NCBI GenBank assembly: GCA_903835385.1
Contig: CAILMQ010000048.1
Span: 1 to 60,466, forward strand
DNA from: an uncultured Candidatus Micrarchaeota archaeon
GTDB taxonomy: Archaea > Micrarchaeota > Micrarchaeia > Anstonellales > Bilamarchaeaceae
Length of the DNA: 60,466 nt
Direction: 5' to 3'
In this document: positions 27,695-37,700 of the stretch, one piece after another
How positions within the stretch are numbered: the stretch's first letter is position 1
How the letters are laid out: every line of letters starts with the position of its first letter
Translations under genes and position numbers: made by a program
Notes under the pieces: model-generated
Told to the model about the DNA's origin: nothing
What the model saw: only the letters and a program-made list of their open reading frames with translations
The model's database searches: none

Positions 27695-28663
27695 CTAATC
27701 GCAGATCCCTTCCTTCTTCACCCTGAACACGCACTCGCCCTCGGGCAGGTTCGGGGAGTCCACGAGCCGCGCGATGCGCTTGTCGTCCTTTGACTTGCGC
27801 AAATAGACCCGGTAAGTGGAGGAATGCGCGACAATATTCCCGCCAATGGGCTTGGTCGGGTCTCCGAAGAGCATGCCCGGGTCGTCCATGACCTGGTTCG
27901 TCAGGTAGATTGCGATGTTGTAGTTGTCCGCGAGCCTCTGCAGGGTGTGCACGTGCTTGTTCAGCTTCTGCTGCCTCTCGCCGAGCGCGCCCCTTCCCAG
28001 GTAGTCCGAACGGAAGTGCGAGGTGAGTGAGTCCACGACGATGAGCCCGATGTTCTTCTCCTTTATCAGGTCCTCGCATTTCTCTATCAGGATTATCTGG
28101 TGGTCGGAGTTCTCCGCCCTGGCGACATATATGTTTTTCAGCACCTCGGTCGCGTCCATGCCCTGGCCTTCGGCGAGCTGCGCGATGCGGTCCGGCCTGA
28201 ATGTGTGCTCGGTGTCGACGAAAATCACGCCCTTTCCAAGGCCCCCCTGCTCCTGCGGCTTCTGCACGTTCACGCAGAGCTGGAACCCCAGCTGGCTTTT
28301 GCCCGAGCTGAACCGCGCGTAGGCTTCGGTGATGGCCTGGGTTTCCACGCCCCCGCCCAGCAGCTCATCGAGCGCTTTGGAGCTCGTCGCTATCCTGCCT
28401 ATCACCTTCCTGCGCTCAAGGACCATGTCGCCGCTCTCAAAACCGATTTCCACCATGGATTTGGCCGCCTCGATGGCTTTTCTGGAGGCTTCCACGCCAA
28501 TGCCGCTTATCTCCGAGAGGTCCTGCGGCGACATGGTCGCCAGCTTGGAGAACTCGCTGTACCCGGCCACTCTTATCTTTTCTGCGGACACCTCCCCTAT
28601 TCCGGGAAGGTCCTCAAGGTCCTTGTAGAATTTCTTCTTTTTGTCGTTTTTGTCATCTGTCAT
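27695..28663 (-). CDS. radA: DNA repair and recombination protein RadA
   Basis: LEDLPGIG Hh[48 protein letters not shown]. Confidence 0.97.
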   Translation of the reverse strand: MTDDKNDKKKKFYKDLEDLPGIGEVSAEKIRVAGYSEFSKLATMSPQDLSEISGIGVEASRKAIEAAKSMVEIGFESGDMVLERRKVIGRIATSSKALDELLGGGVETQAITEAYARFSSGKSQLGFQLCVNVQKPQEQGGLGKGVIFVDTEHTFRPDRIAQLAEGQGMDATEVLKNIYVARAENSDHQIILIEKCEDLIKEKNIGLIVVDSLTSHFRSDYLGRGALGERQQKLNKHVHTLQRLADNYNIAIYLTNQVMDDPGMLFGDPTKPIGGNIVAHSSTYRVYLRKSKDDKRIARLVDSPNLPEGECVFRVKKEGICD

Positions 28664-28668
28664 AATCA

Positions 28669-28983
28669 TCACTGTTCCGTTTGCTTGTCGAATTTATTGG
28701 CGTTCGCGAACACGAGCAGCTTAAGCTGGCCTATCTTTAGCGTGTAAAATTCGTTGCCCTGCTTGGAAACGTTCTTCCACATGCCGCCCACATTCACGTA
28801 AACCGATTTTCCCTCCTTGTCGCGGTCGGTCTGCACCACGCGGAAATCCGGCCTGTTTCCGCCTGGGGCCGGGCCACCCGTGCCAGGTTTCAGGTTCCCG
28901 GTTTCCGGTTTCGGGTCCTGCTTTTCCTCACCCGTAACCTCCTCGAATCCCTCGTCCCCTAAATTTACTTCCGTTTCTTTCAC
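28669..28983 (-). CDS. DUF736-like small protein
   Basis: [24 protein letters not shown] pattern; acidic N-terminus; AGGTGA SD, GTG start. Confidence 0.6.
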   Translation of the reverse strand: MKETEVNLGDEGFEEVTGEEKQDPKPETGNLKPGTGGPAPGGNRPDFRVVQTDRDKEGKSVYVNVGGMWKNVSKQGNEFYTLKIGQLKLLVFANANKFDKQTEQ

Positions 28984-28995
28984 TCAAATCACCTG

Positions 28996-29063
28996 AGTAT
29001 ATACTTAGATATTATACGTATATACTAAGGGATTAGGGCAAAGCCTGGTATAAAAACGTTTCG
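28996..29063 (-). promoter_or_regulatory. radA-operon promoter (BRE-TATA) with two GTATATAC palindromes
   Basis: Minus strand CGAAA-CG-TTTTTATA (29063-29049); AGTATATACT 28996-29005 and GTATATACT 29018-29026, 21 bp apart. Confidence 0.65.
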
Positions 29064-29074
29064 GAGGTGGATTT

Positions 29075-29287
29075 CCGCGGAATCCGGCGCACCGGATTCC
29101 GTGGCACCGAGTTCGGATCGCCGAACTCGATTGCCGCGGCTCCTGACCTTCTAAAGTTTTCCCATCAGTGCGGTCCTACATCGCTTCTCACCCGTCTTCC
29201 TAAGGTCGCTCGTCCCCTGTTTGCCTGGTGCTCGCGAGGTCCCTTCGGTGTCTGACTTGTGCACCAGGCAGTCTGAACGCGGCGTCC
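29075..29287. ncRNA. Candidate structured ncRNA/element, copy 2, preceded by two strong hairpins
   Basis: Stems 29075-29104 (13 bp), 29108-29129 (9 bp), 29222-29231/29261-29270 (10 bp), 29133-29138/29278-29283; blocks shared with 4165-4301. Confidence 0.55.
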
Positions 29288-29298
29288 ATGCGAACGCC

Positions 29299-30687
29299 TC
29301 AGCTTTTGAAATACGCCTCGTACACCGCCTTCGCGGCCTTCTCGCCATCGCCATTCCTCAGCCAGAGGATGAAACTCACGCCCAGCTGCGAATAGAACGG
29401 TGCGTTGATTCCGGCTCCATCGAGCACATCGAATATCCCCTTTGCCAGGCCAGGCGTCCTGCTAATCCCTTCCCCCACGATCGCGACCGCGCTCAGCTCG
29501 TGCACCTTTATGTCCTGCGGAGCGGTTGCGTTCCTTATCCTCGCCACCAGCTGGGCGATGCTCACGCCGGCGCTTTCCATGCTCTCCCTCCTTACTACCA
29601 CCGAGATGTCGTTTATGGAGGACGGGGCATGCTCCACCGAGATTTTCATGTCGGTAAACAGCCCCAGCATGCCAGTGAAGAATCCTACTGTGTTGGCGAC
29701 CCCGGATTTCACGACTTCAAAAGCCAGGAACTCGCCCCTGTGGACTATGCCGGTTATCCCCCTTTCTCCGCTGCCCACCTGCGGTAGTATGTAGGTCCCC
29801 GACGATTCCTCAAACGTGTTGAGGACCTGGGTCGGTATGCCATATGTCGAAATAGGCACGGCCGCCTCATACTGGAAAACCCCGAACTTCCCGCCGAGCG
29901 TCAGCTCATTGAGCTCCCGGTGCGTCATGAACGGTATCACCGGTGCGTCTGGCGCTATGGAAGGTTCCACTGAGCGTATGCCGTTCGTGTCAGTGAAATT
30001 CTGGTATAGCCCGGCCTGCAATACTGAAGCGAGCACGGCGCCGGTATAGTCGCTTCCGCCCCTCCCGAAGATCCTTATGACTCCGCCGGAGTCATAGCCG
30101 TAGAAACCGGGAAACACGACGCGCCCGCCGTTATCAAGCACATCCTGGACCCTGCTCCTGATTGCCGGGTAATCTTCGTCCCGCACGTAATTCTGGTTGC
30201 CGCTACGGCTGACCAGGAATGCCGCGTCCGCAGGGTCCAGATAGCACGCATTCACCCCTATCATTTTCAGGTAACCCGCCATAAGGCGCGCGTTGAACTC
30301 CTCACCCAGGGCCGCAACCGGGGCATCGTCCTCGGCAAGCCGCTCCGCTCTTCCAAGCACAGTCTCCCTTATCCTGCCGCTGACCCGCGCCTCGTCGCCC
30401 ATGCCAAGCCCGTCTTCTATGTTCCGGTAAATCCCTTCAACGCCCGCGATGTCCTCTTCAAGCGGCTCGCATGTCCGCGCTTTTCTGGCTATTTGGAGAA
30501 GCCTGTCCGTCACCTTGGTGTCGTTCGTCTGCGTGCTACCGGGCCCTGGGACTTTTATTTTTCCCGGGGCCGAGACCACGATGACCCTCATATCAGTATT
30601 CTTCGCCACCCTCTTCCCGACTGTGCGGAAGCCGTGCTCGTCAGCCAGGGAGCTTCCGCCGAATTTCGCGACAATCAAACTGGACAT
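29299..30687 (-). CDS. lysC: Aspartate kinase with C-terminal ACT domains
   Basis: VAKFGGSSLA, VVSAPGK, KVTD, GRGGSDYTG. Confidence 0.93.
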   Translation of the reverse strand: MSSLIVAKFGGSSLADEHGFRTVGKRVAKNTDMRVIVVSAPGKIKVPGPGSTQTNDTKVTDRLLQIARKARTCEPLEEDIAGVEGIYRNIEDGLGMGDEARVSGRIRETVLGRAERLAEDDAPVAALGEEFNARLMAGYLKMIGVNACYLDPADAAFLVSRSGNQNYVRDEDYPAIRSRVQDVLDNGGRVVFPGFYGYDSGGVIRIFGRGGSDYTGAVLASVLQAGLYQNFTDTNGIRSVEPSIAPDAPVIPFMTHRELNELTLGGKFGVFQYEAAVPISTYGIPTQVLNTFEESSGTYILPQVGSGERGITGIVHRGEFLAFEVVKSGVANTVGFFTGMLGLFTDMKISVEHAPSSINDISVVVRRESMESAGVSIAQLVARIRNATAPQDIKVHELSAVAIVGEGISRTPGLAKGIFDVLDGAGINAPFYSQLGVSFILWLRNGDGEKAAKAVYEAYFKS

Positions 30688-30811
30688 GTTCCTGCACCTT
30701 TGAGTTTCTGCATGTGCCTGTTGGCTCCTGTTCGTATATATTAATCGAATGTCTGAAATAAAACAAAAAATCAAGATACTGTTTTAAAATGAACCAAATA
30801 ACCGTTTCCAC

Positions 30812-31462
30812 ATGGTCACCATAGCCAAAGTCGTGGAAAAGCTCGTGAAGCAGAACCCCTCCCTTGAAATCTCCCTTTCCAAGGGCATCATCAGCTACTC
30901 CAAGCTCGCCCGCTACGTTCATGGCGAGGTGGAAAAGGAGTTCGGCAGCAAGGCCAATGACGCGGCCATAACCGTGGCGCTCAAGCGGCTGAGGGAGCGC
31001 GCGGGCCATATCTACGAGGCGAAGAAGGGCGTGTACGGCGCCCTCGAGCTGAACACGAGCTCGAACCTCACGGAGCTGACAATCAACAGGTCAGGCCGCA
31101 TGCCGCAGATAATGAAATCCATATACGAATTCCCGGAGCTCGAGGAGGGCTGCATCATGCACGCGGTGCAGGGGAACAACCAGACGACATTCGTTTTCAG
31201 CACCAGGCTGGAGAGGAGGATGTGGTCCCTGCTTTCCAACGAAAAGGCGATTTCCGAAATAAAGGACCTGGCCCAGCTTTCCATAAAATTCGATGAAAAG
31301 ATGATGCGGGTCCCGGGGTTCATAGTCTACATACTCAAGGAGCTGGCCTGGAACAACATCAACATAGTTGAAATCGTCTCCACATACACTGAGCTCATCG
31401 TCATAATGAAAAAAGACGACCTGATGAACGCCTACAGGATTGTGCAGGAGCTGCTTTTCTAG
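30812..31462 (+). CDS. ACT-domain regulatory protein with N-terminal helical domain
   Basis: GIISYSKLAR N-domain; C-terminal ACT VPGFIVYILKELAWNNINIVEIVSTYTEL; divergent from lysC. Confidence 0.8.
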   Translation: MVTIAKVVEKLVKQNPSLEISLSKGIISYSKLARYVHGEVEKEFGSKANDAAITVALKRLRERAGHIYEAKKGVYGALELNTSSNLTELTINRSGRMPQIMKSIYEFPELEEGCIMHAVQGNNQTTFVFSTRLERRMWSLLSNEKAISEIKDLAQLSIKFDEKMMRVPGFIVYILKELAWNNINIVEIVSTYTELIVIMKKDDLMNAYRIVQELLF

Positions 31463-31543
31463 CATTCCCCGGTACATCATCACATTCTCCCATAATGCAA
31501 AACCTTTTAAATTCTGACCGGCATATAACGACAGGCGAAATTT

Positions 31544-32173
31544 ATGGAACCAGAAGACGCGCTCATGGTTGAAAGTAAAAGCAGGCTCAGGATACTGGTA
31601 GTGGAGGACAACCCGGCATTCATGGAAAACGCCCTCAGAGCAATCGCCGGAAAAGGGCACGACGCGCTCCCGGCCACCAACCTCGAAGAGGTGCTTCATC
31701 TCGGGAGGCTCAACCTGGATTTCATCCTCAGCGACGTGCACTTCCCGGACGAGCGCGGAGGGAAACCGGTAGAGAACATAGTTCCGCTCATGCACGCTGC
31801 ACTCGAGGCCAATGTGCCAATCTGTTTCGTGACACAGGCCGACCATCATGGCCTGACCGAGAGTAACGAGGGTTACATTTCCATCAAGCCGCTTACCATA
31901 GGCAACCTCTTCGAGACGCTTGCGGAACTCACCGGCCCGAAAGCGGACCAGGCAAAGAAGGCGTTCTTAAGCGTGAAGTCAACAAACCCCATGAACATAA
32001 AGGCCAATGCCAAGACGCCTGAAATCTGGGCAAGGGCGATTGACGGGCTGCGGAACGCGTGCGCGCAGGCGCCGGGCCCGGTGGAACTCGTGGCGAGGGC
32101 GGTCACGAAGGACAGCGGGCTGGTTGTCGGGGTTGAAAAAGGTTTGCCGGTGCTGAGAGCGTCGCGTAGATGA
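31544..32173 (+). CDS. Response-regulator receiver-domain protein
   Basis: RILVVEDN, DFILSDVHFP phosphoacceptor Asp, FVT, KP. Confidence 0.8.
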   Translation: MEPEDALMVESKSRLRILVVEDNPAFMENALRAIAGKGHDALPATNLEEVLHLGRLNLDFILSDVHFPDERGGKPVENIVPLMHAALEANVPICFVTQADHHGLTESNEGYISIKPLTIGNLFETLAELTGPKADQAKKAFLSVKSTNPMNIKANAKTPEIWARAIDGLRNACAQAPGPVELVARAVTKDSGLVVGVEKGLPVLRASRR

Positions 32174-32308
32174 TTTGTCTCAACAAAAAATCATCGCGGC
32201 GAAAGCAAGAATAAGCGAACGCGGGAATGAGCGAACGCGGAAGCGGCGCTGGATAAAAAAAGCGCTATCACCGCGCCCGTCGCGGGAATCGCCATAATGC
32301 CCTGATTT

Positions 32309-32557
32309 TCATTTAAGCAATCCGGCGCTCGTCTGCTGTATCAGCGTCGCGGCGCCTGCTATGGCGGCCACAATCACGCCGCCAATCATCATGGAAACCG
32401 CGGCGGTCTGCCATTTGCCCCTGGTCTCAGGAGGCTGGGTCTGGGCAAGGCCGTAGACTATGCCTCCCAGCACGACAAGTATGACGGATATCACCGGCGC
32501 TATTTCCGTAAGAAAAGTCGCTATGTTGGTTGCCGTGGTTTCAAGCCCTATTGCCAT
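32309..32557 (-). CDS. Small 2-TM protein resembling TrbC/VirB2-type pilins
   Basis: 82 aa; TM - PETRGKW loop - TM. Confidence 0.55.
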   Translation of the reverse strand: MAIGLETTATNIATFLTEIAPVISVILVVLGGIVYGLAQTQPPETRGKWQTAAVSMMIGGVIVAAIAGAATLIQQTSAGLLK

Positions 32558-32608
32558 GGCCTGATAAGGTAAAAAAGAGTTTTTAAACCGCGTTGTTGGT
32601 GCTGCGTC

Positions 32609-33526
32609 TCATTCCGCGACCGGCTTCGTCACGCCCGTGATGGCGTTGAAATAAAGGTAATTCGGCAGTGCCATGCCCCGCGCCCGCCTTTCCACGGTTA
32701 GCGCGAATTCCACGTCCGCCTCCACATTCTTTTTGTAAACGAAGTGGTCCGGTTTCGGGTTATTGACCCGCTCACCCGTGGCTGTCTCGAAAACCGCAGC
32801 CACTGCACGCCAGAAATCCGCCAGCGCGTGCTGGTAAAGCGACACCATGCCCAGGTAATCCGGAGCCGGCCCGGTGAAATGCAGGGTCGGCACCCCGGTC
32901 ATGGGCAGCATCATCATATCCTGAAAAAGCCTGCCGGTTCCATTAATCTGCGCCTCTATCCCTATGGATCTTCCCCTTACCGTGGTTTCCGTCCTTATGC
33001 CGCAGAGCATGTCGACTATGCTCTTTCCGGCATCGTCCGCAGGAAGCATGATATTGAAATACGGGCTGAAATTCTGTGCGTACAGCTGGGGTTCGTTTGC
33101 CAGAACACTATTCCTTGGATATGAATTCGCTATCTGCTTGGAGGGGTGGCCTGCGCAGCATGCGCCGGTCATGGCAACATGGGTGCAGCTTGCGATGAGG
33201 TCTATCACTTCAATTATCGCGCGGTCCACGTTTATCGCGACCTCCACGGGCAGCCCGCGGTAGGGATACTTGCAGCCCGGCGCATAGCCCACGAGCAGGC
33301 CTTCCTTTTCCTCCTTGGTTTTCCTGCCCTGGTGCTCCTGGATGCAGTCCTGAATAAGCCTGGCCTTGTTTGAGAAATATGTGCGTTTGTCCCCGTCAAC
33401 CTGCTGCCTTGCCACGTGCAGGTCCCTGCCGAGCAAAGCCATTGCCTCGTTGAACGGCATCCTCCTGACAGGCATCTGCCATCCGAAGCCTGTTACGGCC
33501 TGGTGGCCGTTATCCCGCTGTTTCAT
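32609..33526 (-). CDS. Hypothetical protein with TxxCCxGH motif
   Basis: 305-aa ORF with upstream TATA-like TTTAAAA; VDRAIIEVIDLI...TGACCAGH. Confidence 0.65.
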   Translation of the reverse strand: MKQRDNGHQAVTGFGWQMPVRRMPFNEAMALLGRDLHVARQQVDGDKRTYFSNKARLIQDCIQEHQGRKTKEEKEGLLVGYAPGCKYPYRGLPVEVAINVDRAIIEVIDLIASCTHVAMTGACCAGHPSKQIANSYPRNSVLANEPQLYAQNFSPYFNIMLPADDAGKSIVDMLCGIRTETTVRGRSIGIEAQINGTGRLFQDMMMLPMTGVPTLHFTGPAPDYLGMVSLYQHALADFWRAVAAVFETATGERVNNPKPDHFVYKKNVEADVEFALTVERRARGMALPNYLYFNAITGVTKPVAE

Positions 33527-33558
33527 GGTATATAGTTGTTAGAACTGTATTTTAAAGG

Positions 33559-34563
33559 TTAGCTTCTCGCCACTTTCCTGCAAAAGTCCACCAGCCTGCA
33601 GGAATAGCCGTATTCGTTGTCGTACCAGGCCGACACCTTTGCCAGGTTGCCCATTGCCTTCGTTAGCCCCGCATCCACAATCGCGGACTCGCTTGTCCCG
33701 ATTATGTCGCAGGACACCAGCGGCTCTTCGGTGTAGCCCAATATGCCCTTGAGCTCCTCCCGCGAGGCGCGCTCCAGCTCCCTGTTTATCTCCTTCGCGT
33801 CCGCCTCCTTTTCCAGCAGCAGCGTCATGTCGTTCATGGAGCCGTCAGGCACCGGCACCCGGAACGAAAGGCCGTCGAGCTTTCCCTTGAGCTCGGGCAT
33901 CACGAGGCCGATGGCCTTGGCCGCGCCGGTTTTCGTTGGTATTATGGACACCGCACCGGCCCTCGCCCGCCTCCAGTCCTTGTGCGAGCCATCCAGCATC
34001 CGCTGGTCGTTCGTGTAGGCGTGTATGGTGCTGAGGAAACCCCGTTGCACGCCGAATTTAGCATGAATAACTTTCACCACCGGCGCGAGGCAGTTTGTGG
34101 TGCAGGAGGCCATGGACACGATTTTCATATCCTTGTTGTAGACATGGTCGTTCACTCCGAAGACTATTGTGGCGTCGCATTCTTCTCCAGGGGCGGATAT
34201 GAGCACCTTCTTCGCTCCCGCGCTGATGTGCTTTTCCGCATCCGCGCGCGAGGTGAACTCGCCCGAGCTTTCCAGCACGAGGTCCACCGCGAGCTCTTTC
34301 CATGGCAGCTTGAGCGGGTCAGCCTCCTGTATCCATTTTATCTCGTGGCCGTTCACGCAGAAGTTCCCGTTCTTGTTTGCAACCTCGCCCTTGAACCTGC
34401 CGAATGTAGAATCGTATTTGAACAGATGGACGTGCATGTCCATGTCGCTTCTCGTGTTTATGGCCACGATTTCGAATTCCTTTCCAACGGCCCCGCCTGC
34501 CACTGCGGCGCGGAGGAAATTCTTCCCTATCCTGCCAAACCCTGATATGGCTACCCTCAGCAT
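33559..34563 (-). CDS. gap: Type I (bacterial-type) glyceraldehyde-3-phosphate dehydrogenase
   Basis: GFGRIG, ASCTTNCL, HAYTNDQ, TGAAKA, WYDNEYGY. Confidence 0.97.
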   Translation of the reverse strand: MLRVAISGFGRIGKNFLRAAVAGGAVGKEFEIVAINTRSDMDMHVHLFKYDSTFGRFKGEVANKNGNFCVNGHEIKWIQEADPLKLPWKELAVDLVLESSGEFTSRADAEKHISAGAKKVLISAPGEECDATIVFGVNDHVYNKDMKIVSMASCTTNCLAPVVKVIHAKFGVQRGFLSTIHAYTNDQRMLDGSHKDWRRARAGAVSIIPTKTGAAKAIGLVMPELKGKLDGLSFRVPVPDGSMNDMTLLLEKEADAKEINRELERASREELKGILGYTEEPLVSCDIIGTSESAIVDAGLTKAMGNLAKVSAWYDNEYGYSCRLVDFCRKVARS

Positions 34564-34605
34564 AACTCCCACCCGATTAGTGGATGCAGTAATGGACAAG
34601 AAAAA

Positions 34606-34788
34606 TTATAACCCTTCTTCCTCTGGTTCGCCCTTATTTCCGGCCTCTCGCATCATAATATTAACATTTTCAATCACAATCGGCCCTACGAAGCGGCGCG
34701 GCATAAGCGTGGAAATGCGAAACACTGAAAGCGGCCCCGGCGTGATTGTGGAAACGGCTGGAGAGGATCCGGAAGCGAGCTCGATCAT
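34606..34788 (-). CDS. Small hypothetical protein (60 aa)
   Basis: ATG overlaps the stop of the upstream large gene; no motif. Confidence 0.35.
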   Translation of the reverse strand: MIELASGSSPAVSTITPGPLSVFRISTLMPRRFVGPIVIENVNIMMREAGNKGEPEEEGL

Positions 34789-37700
34789 CAGGCCGTGATA
34801 TCCGTAATCTCTTCTTTCGGTTCATTCCCCTCCATTTTATCCAGTTTCTTCAGTATTTTCCCGCCGCCCGGCTTCCCAGCCTCCTGCTGCTTCACGATGT
34901 ACAGGCAAAGCACGGCCAGCACCGCCACCGCAGTCACCCCGAGCAGGAGCAGGCTGTTGTTGTTGGTCTTCTTCGCCGCATCAATGCTCCCAAGTATCTT
35001 GTTTCCTAGCACCAGGCTGCCTATGTACTGGCCTGCGGCCGCGGACTTCTTCATGCTCTGGATTTGTTGTTCTATCGCGTCCCTGTCCTGCTGGCCCATG
35101 GAATTCTCGGTTTCGTTATAGGTGTTCTCCACGAGGCTTATCCTGTTGCCCGCCTGCGCACTGAGCAGCCTCATGGTGCCTGCTATGCTTTGCGCGGTCT
35201 GGTCCAGGGCATCTATCTTGTTTTGGATTAGTTCCGGCTCCCCGCTCGCCATGAGCTTGTCCAGCTCGGTTATCGCGCTTTCCACGTCCTTGCCCGTAAA
35301 AACGAACATGGCGCTGTATTCCGTGCCTTTGGCCGCGCTGGCCTCTGCCGCGTATGCCTTGATGCCGGAGCGAACCGAATCCCTGAGCGACTCGAATCCG
35401 CTCCTGAGCCCTGCCCTTGCGGCAAGGGCGGACGCTTCCTGGCCCGCAACAGCGGTTTCCGCCTTTTCCAGGTCTTTTGCCAGGGCAAGGGCATAGCAGA
35501 GCCTTCCTGAGGTGTCCAGGTTGTTCAAATCAGCTTCCACGGCAAGGAACTCCTCCGGAGTCGTGGTGTTCCCGGCTGCCGCGAACCTGAGCCTCAGTTC
35601 GTTATAGCTGTCAAAGGAACTTTTCCTGAAAGCCTTGACCTCGTTGTCCTTCCATTTCAGGTCAACTGCCTCCAGTTCCTTTAGCGCGTCCTGCCCTGTT
35701 TTTCCTTCGCTGTCCGCAAGCCTCCTGGTCAGCTCAACCGCCCTTGCGGAAAGCCGTGCCACGAAGCTGGAGTTCGAGCCGTCCGCATCCGCCAGCGTGG
35801 CGTTTATCTCGTCAAGGCCGGCCTTTATTTCCGACCTGAGCTCTCCGGCCTGCTTCTCCGCGTTCTCCTTTTCAATGTCCTCCTTTTTCATATCCGCTTC
35901 GGCCTGCTTTATCTTCGCCAGCGCCGCATTGGCGTCGCCGGCATCGAGCGCGGCCCTCGCCCCTTCCAGCTCGCCTTTTACGGTGGCGGAATAGTTGGCG
36001 CCGTCCAGAGCGGCGAGTTCCCCGGCCACGTAGCCGCTGGCATTCTCCAGGATGTAGCTCACCCTGATGGAAGCCTCCTTTCCCTGCTTCAGCCCCCTGA
36101 CCTCGTAGGAGTAGCGCCAATCGGCTATCTTCTTCTGGTTTCCGATGCTTTCGCCGCTCAGCGTGAACACGTCGAGTCCGGAAAAGTTCGTTCCCGGTTC
36201 CACGTACACGACAACGCTGTCCAGGTCCATCTTGGGCATGATAACCACGTCATAATCCACCTGGGAGTTGAGGCCCAGGGGCGAGGACTTCAGGTTCACG
36301 GTGCTCTCTTCGTAGGCATCCTGCGCAATGTAGGAAGAGGTGAGTGCGTGGCTGCCCTTCTTCAGCTGCCCGCCCGGAGCAATGCCGTCTATTTTCACGT
36401 TTTCCGCGCCCGCAGGGAGAGTGAGCGAATCCACATCTGCGTCCAGGGTGAAATCCGTTTCATCATCCACGGACGCGCTCCCGTCCCCCAGGCCGAGCGC
36501 TTTTTTCGAGCTCTTGGTGGTGTGCGCAAGGGTTTCGGACTCCTCGAAGGAGATCATGCACTTCCCATAAGGCTCTACTTTTTTGAGAAACACCCTTGCC
36601 CTGTCAGCGCCGGTCATGGCCACGGAACCCACCAGGTCCGCACCCTCCACGATGCCCGAATACATGAGCTGCACCGGCATTGGCAGTTTCACATCAACCG
36701 GAACGTTCTGCGCGCCGTACCCGTTGGCGTTCACCACGAGCATGTCCACGGTTATTTTAGAGGGCCGGTCAAGCGGAACCGAATCGATGAAAACCTCGCT
36801 GTCCACGCTGATGCTTTTGCCCGCAATCTGCGTGGCATAGCCGTCCAGCTCCTTTTCCATCTTCGAGTAGGTGTTTGCAAGGGATTTCAGCCTGCCCAGG
36901 CCTTTCCTGTAATCCACGTTTCCGTTCGCATCCACGAAGCCGCGTTCCGCATTCGCCATGTCAACGCGCAGGTCGTCCGCGTCCCCTCCCACCAGGCCGA
37001 TTCTTTCCAGCAGGCCCGGCCTCTCCTGCCCGAGATAGCCGTACTGCAGTTCCGCTGCGGCGGCCAGGCCATCCTCGGCTTTCCTCACCTCGTCCGTTGC
37101 CCAGCCGTAGTCCGCGTCCTGAATCTGGCCCAGCAGCTCTTCCTGGAAAACGGTCGGAATGCCATCGGTTTTCGCAGCGGCTATCATCTGCCGCAGTTCC
37201 AGCTTCAGCGCCTGCAGGCTGACCGATTCATTCAGCGATTTCGTGGTTTGCAGCGTTTTGGCTTCCCTTGCAGCAGCGGCCGAAGCCGCGAAGTTCCTGT
37301 ATTTGTCCCCGCTAAGCGTGGCATTCTGGCCTGCGGAGAAATAATACCCCGCTTCGGCCAGTTTGTTGCGCACGCTGGCCGTTGCCGGAACTGAACCCAC
37401 CAGCGATTCTGTCCCGGCTATGGCATCCCCAGCCTCGGCCTGCTTCGCTGAAACCACATTGTCGGCTGATGCTTCCAGAAGCGGGAGCGAAGCCTGGAGA
37501 GAGCCGTAGGAAGTGTCCGCAGCAGCCATGTTGCCGACGGCACCCTTAAGGTATCCCTGCCTGGACGCATCCGCCTTATCCGCCGTTGCCGCGCCGTACA
37601 GGGCATCCGCCCCCGCCCTGTCTTTTTTCTTTTCCGCGAACCTCTCAGCCACGGTTCCGGACGGAGCGCCTCCGATTTCGTTGGAAATCGTTTCCGCCCC

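Noticed and set aside
29101-29116. GTGGCACCGAGT resembling the Cas9 tracrRNA 3' hairpin or a T-box motif
   Set aside because: Short match only; local pairing differs; no cas9 or T-box stem I
29131-29290. RNase P RNA, SRP RNA or cobalamin riboswitch
   Set aside because: No GAGGAAAGUCC P4 motif, no SRP helix-8 motif, and the partial cobalamin-like words lack the required P4 pairing
32214-32240. 11-bp direct repeat AGCGAACGCGG between convergent genes
   Set aside because: Only two short copies in a terminator region; no further support
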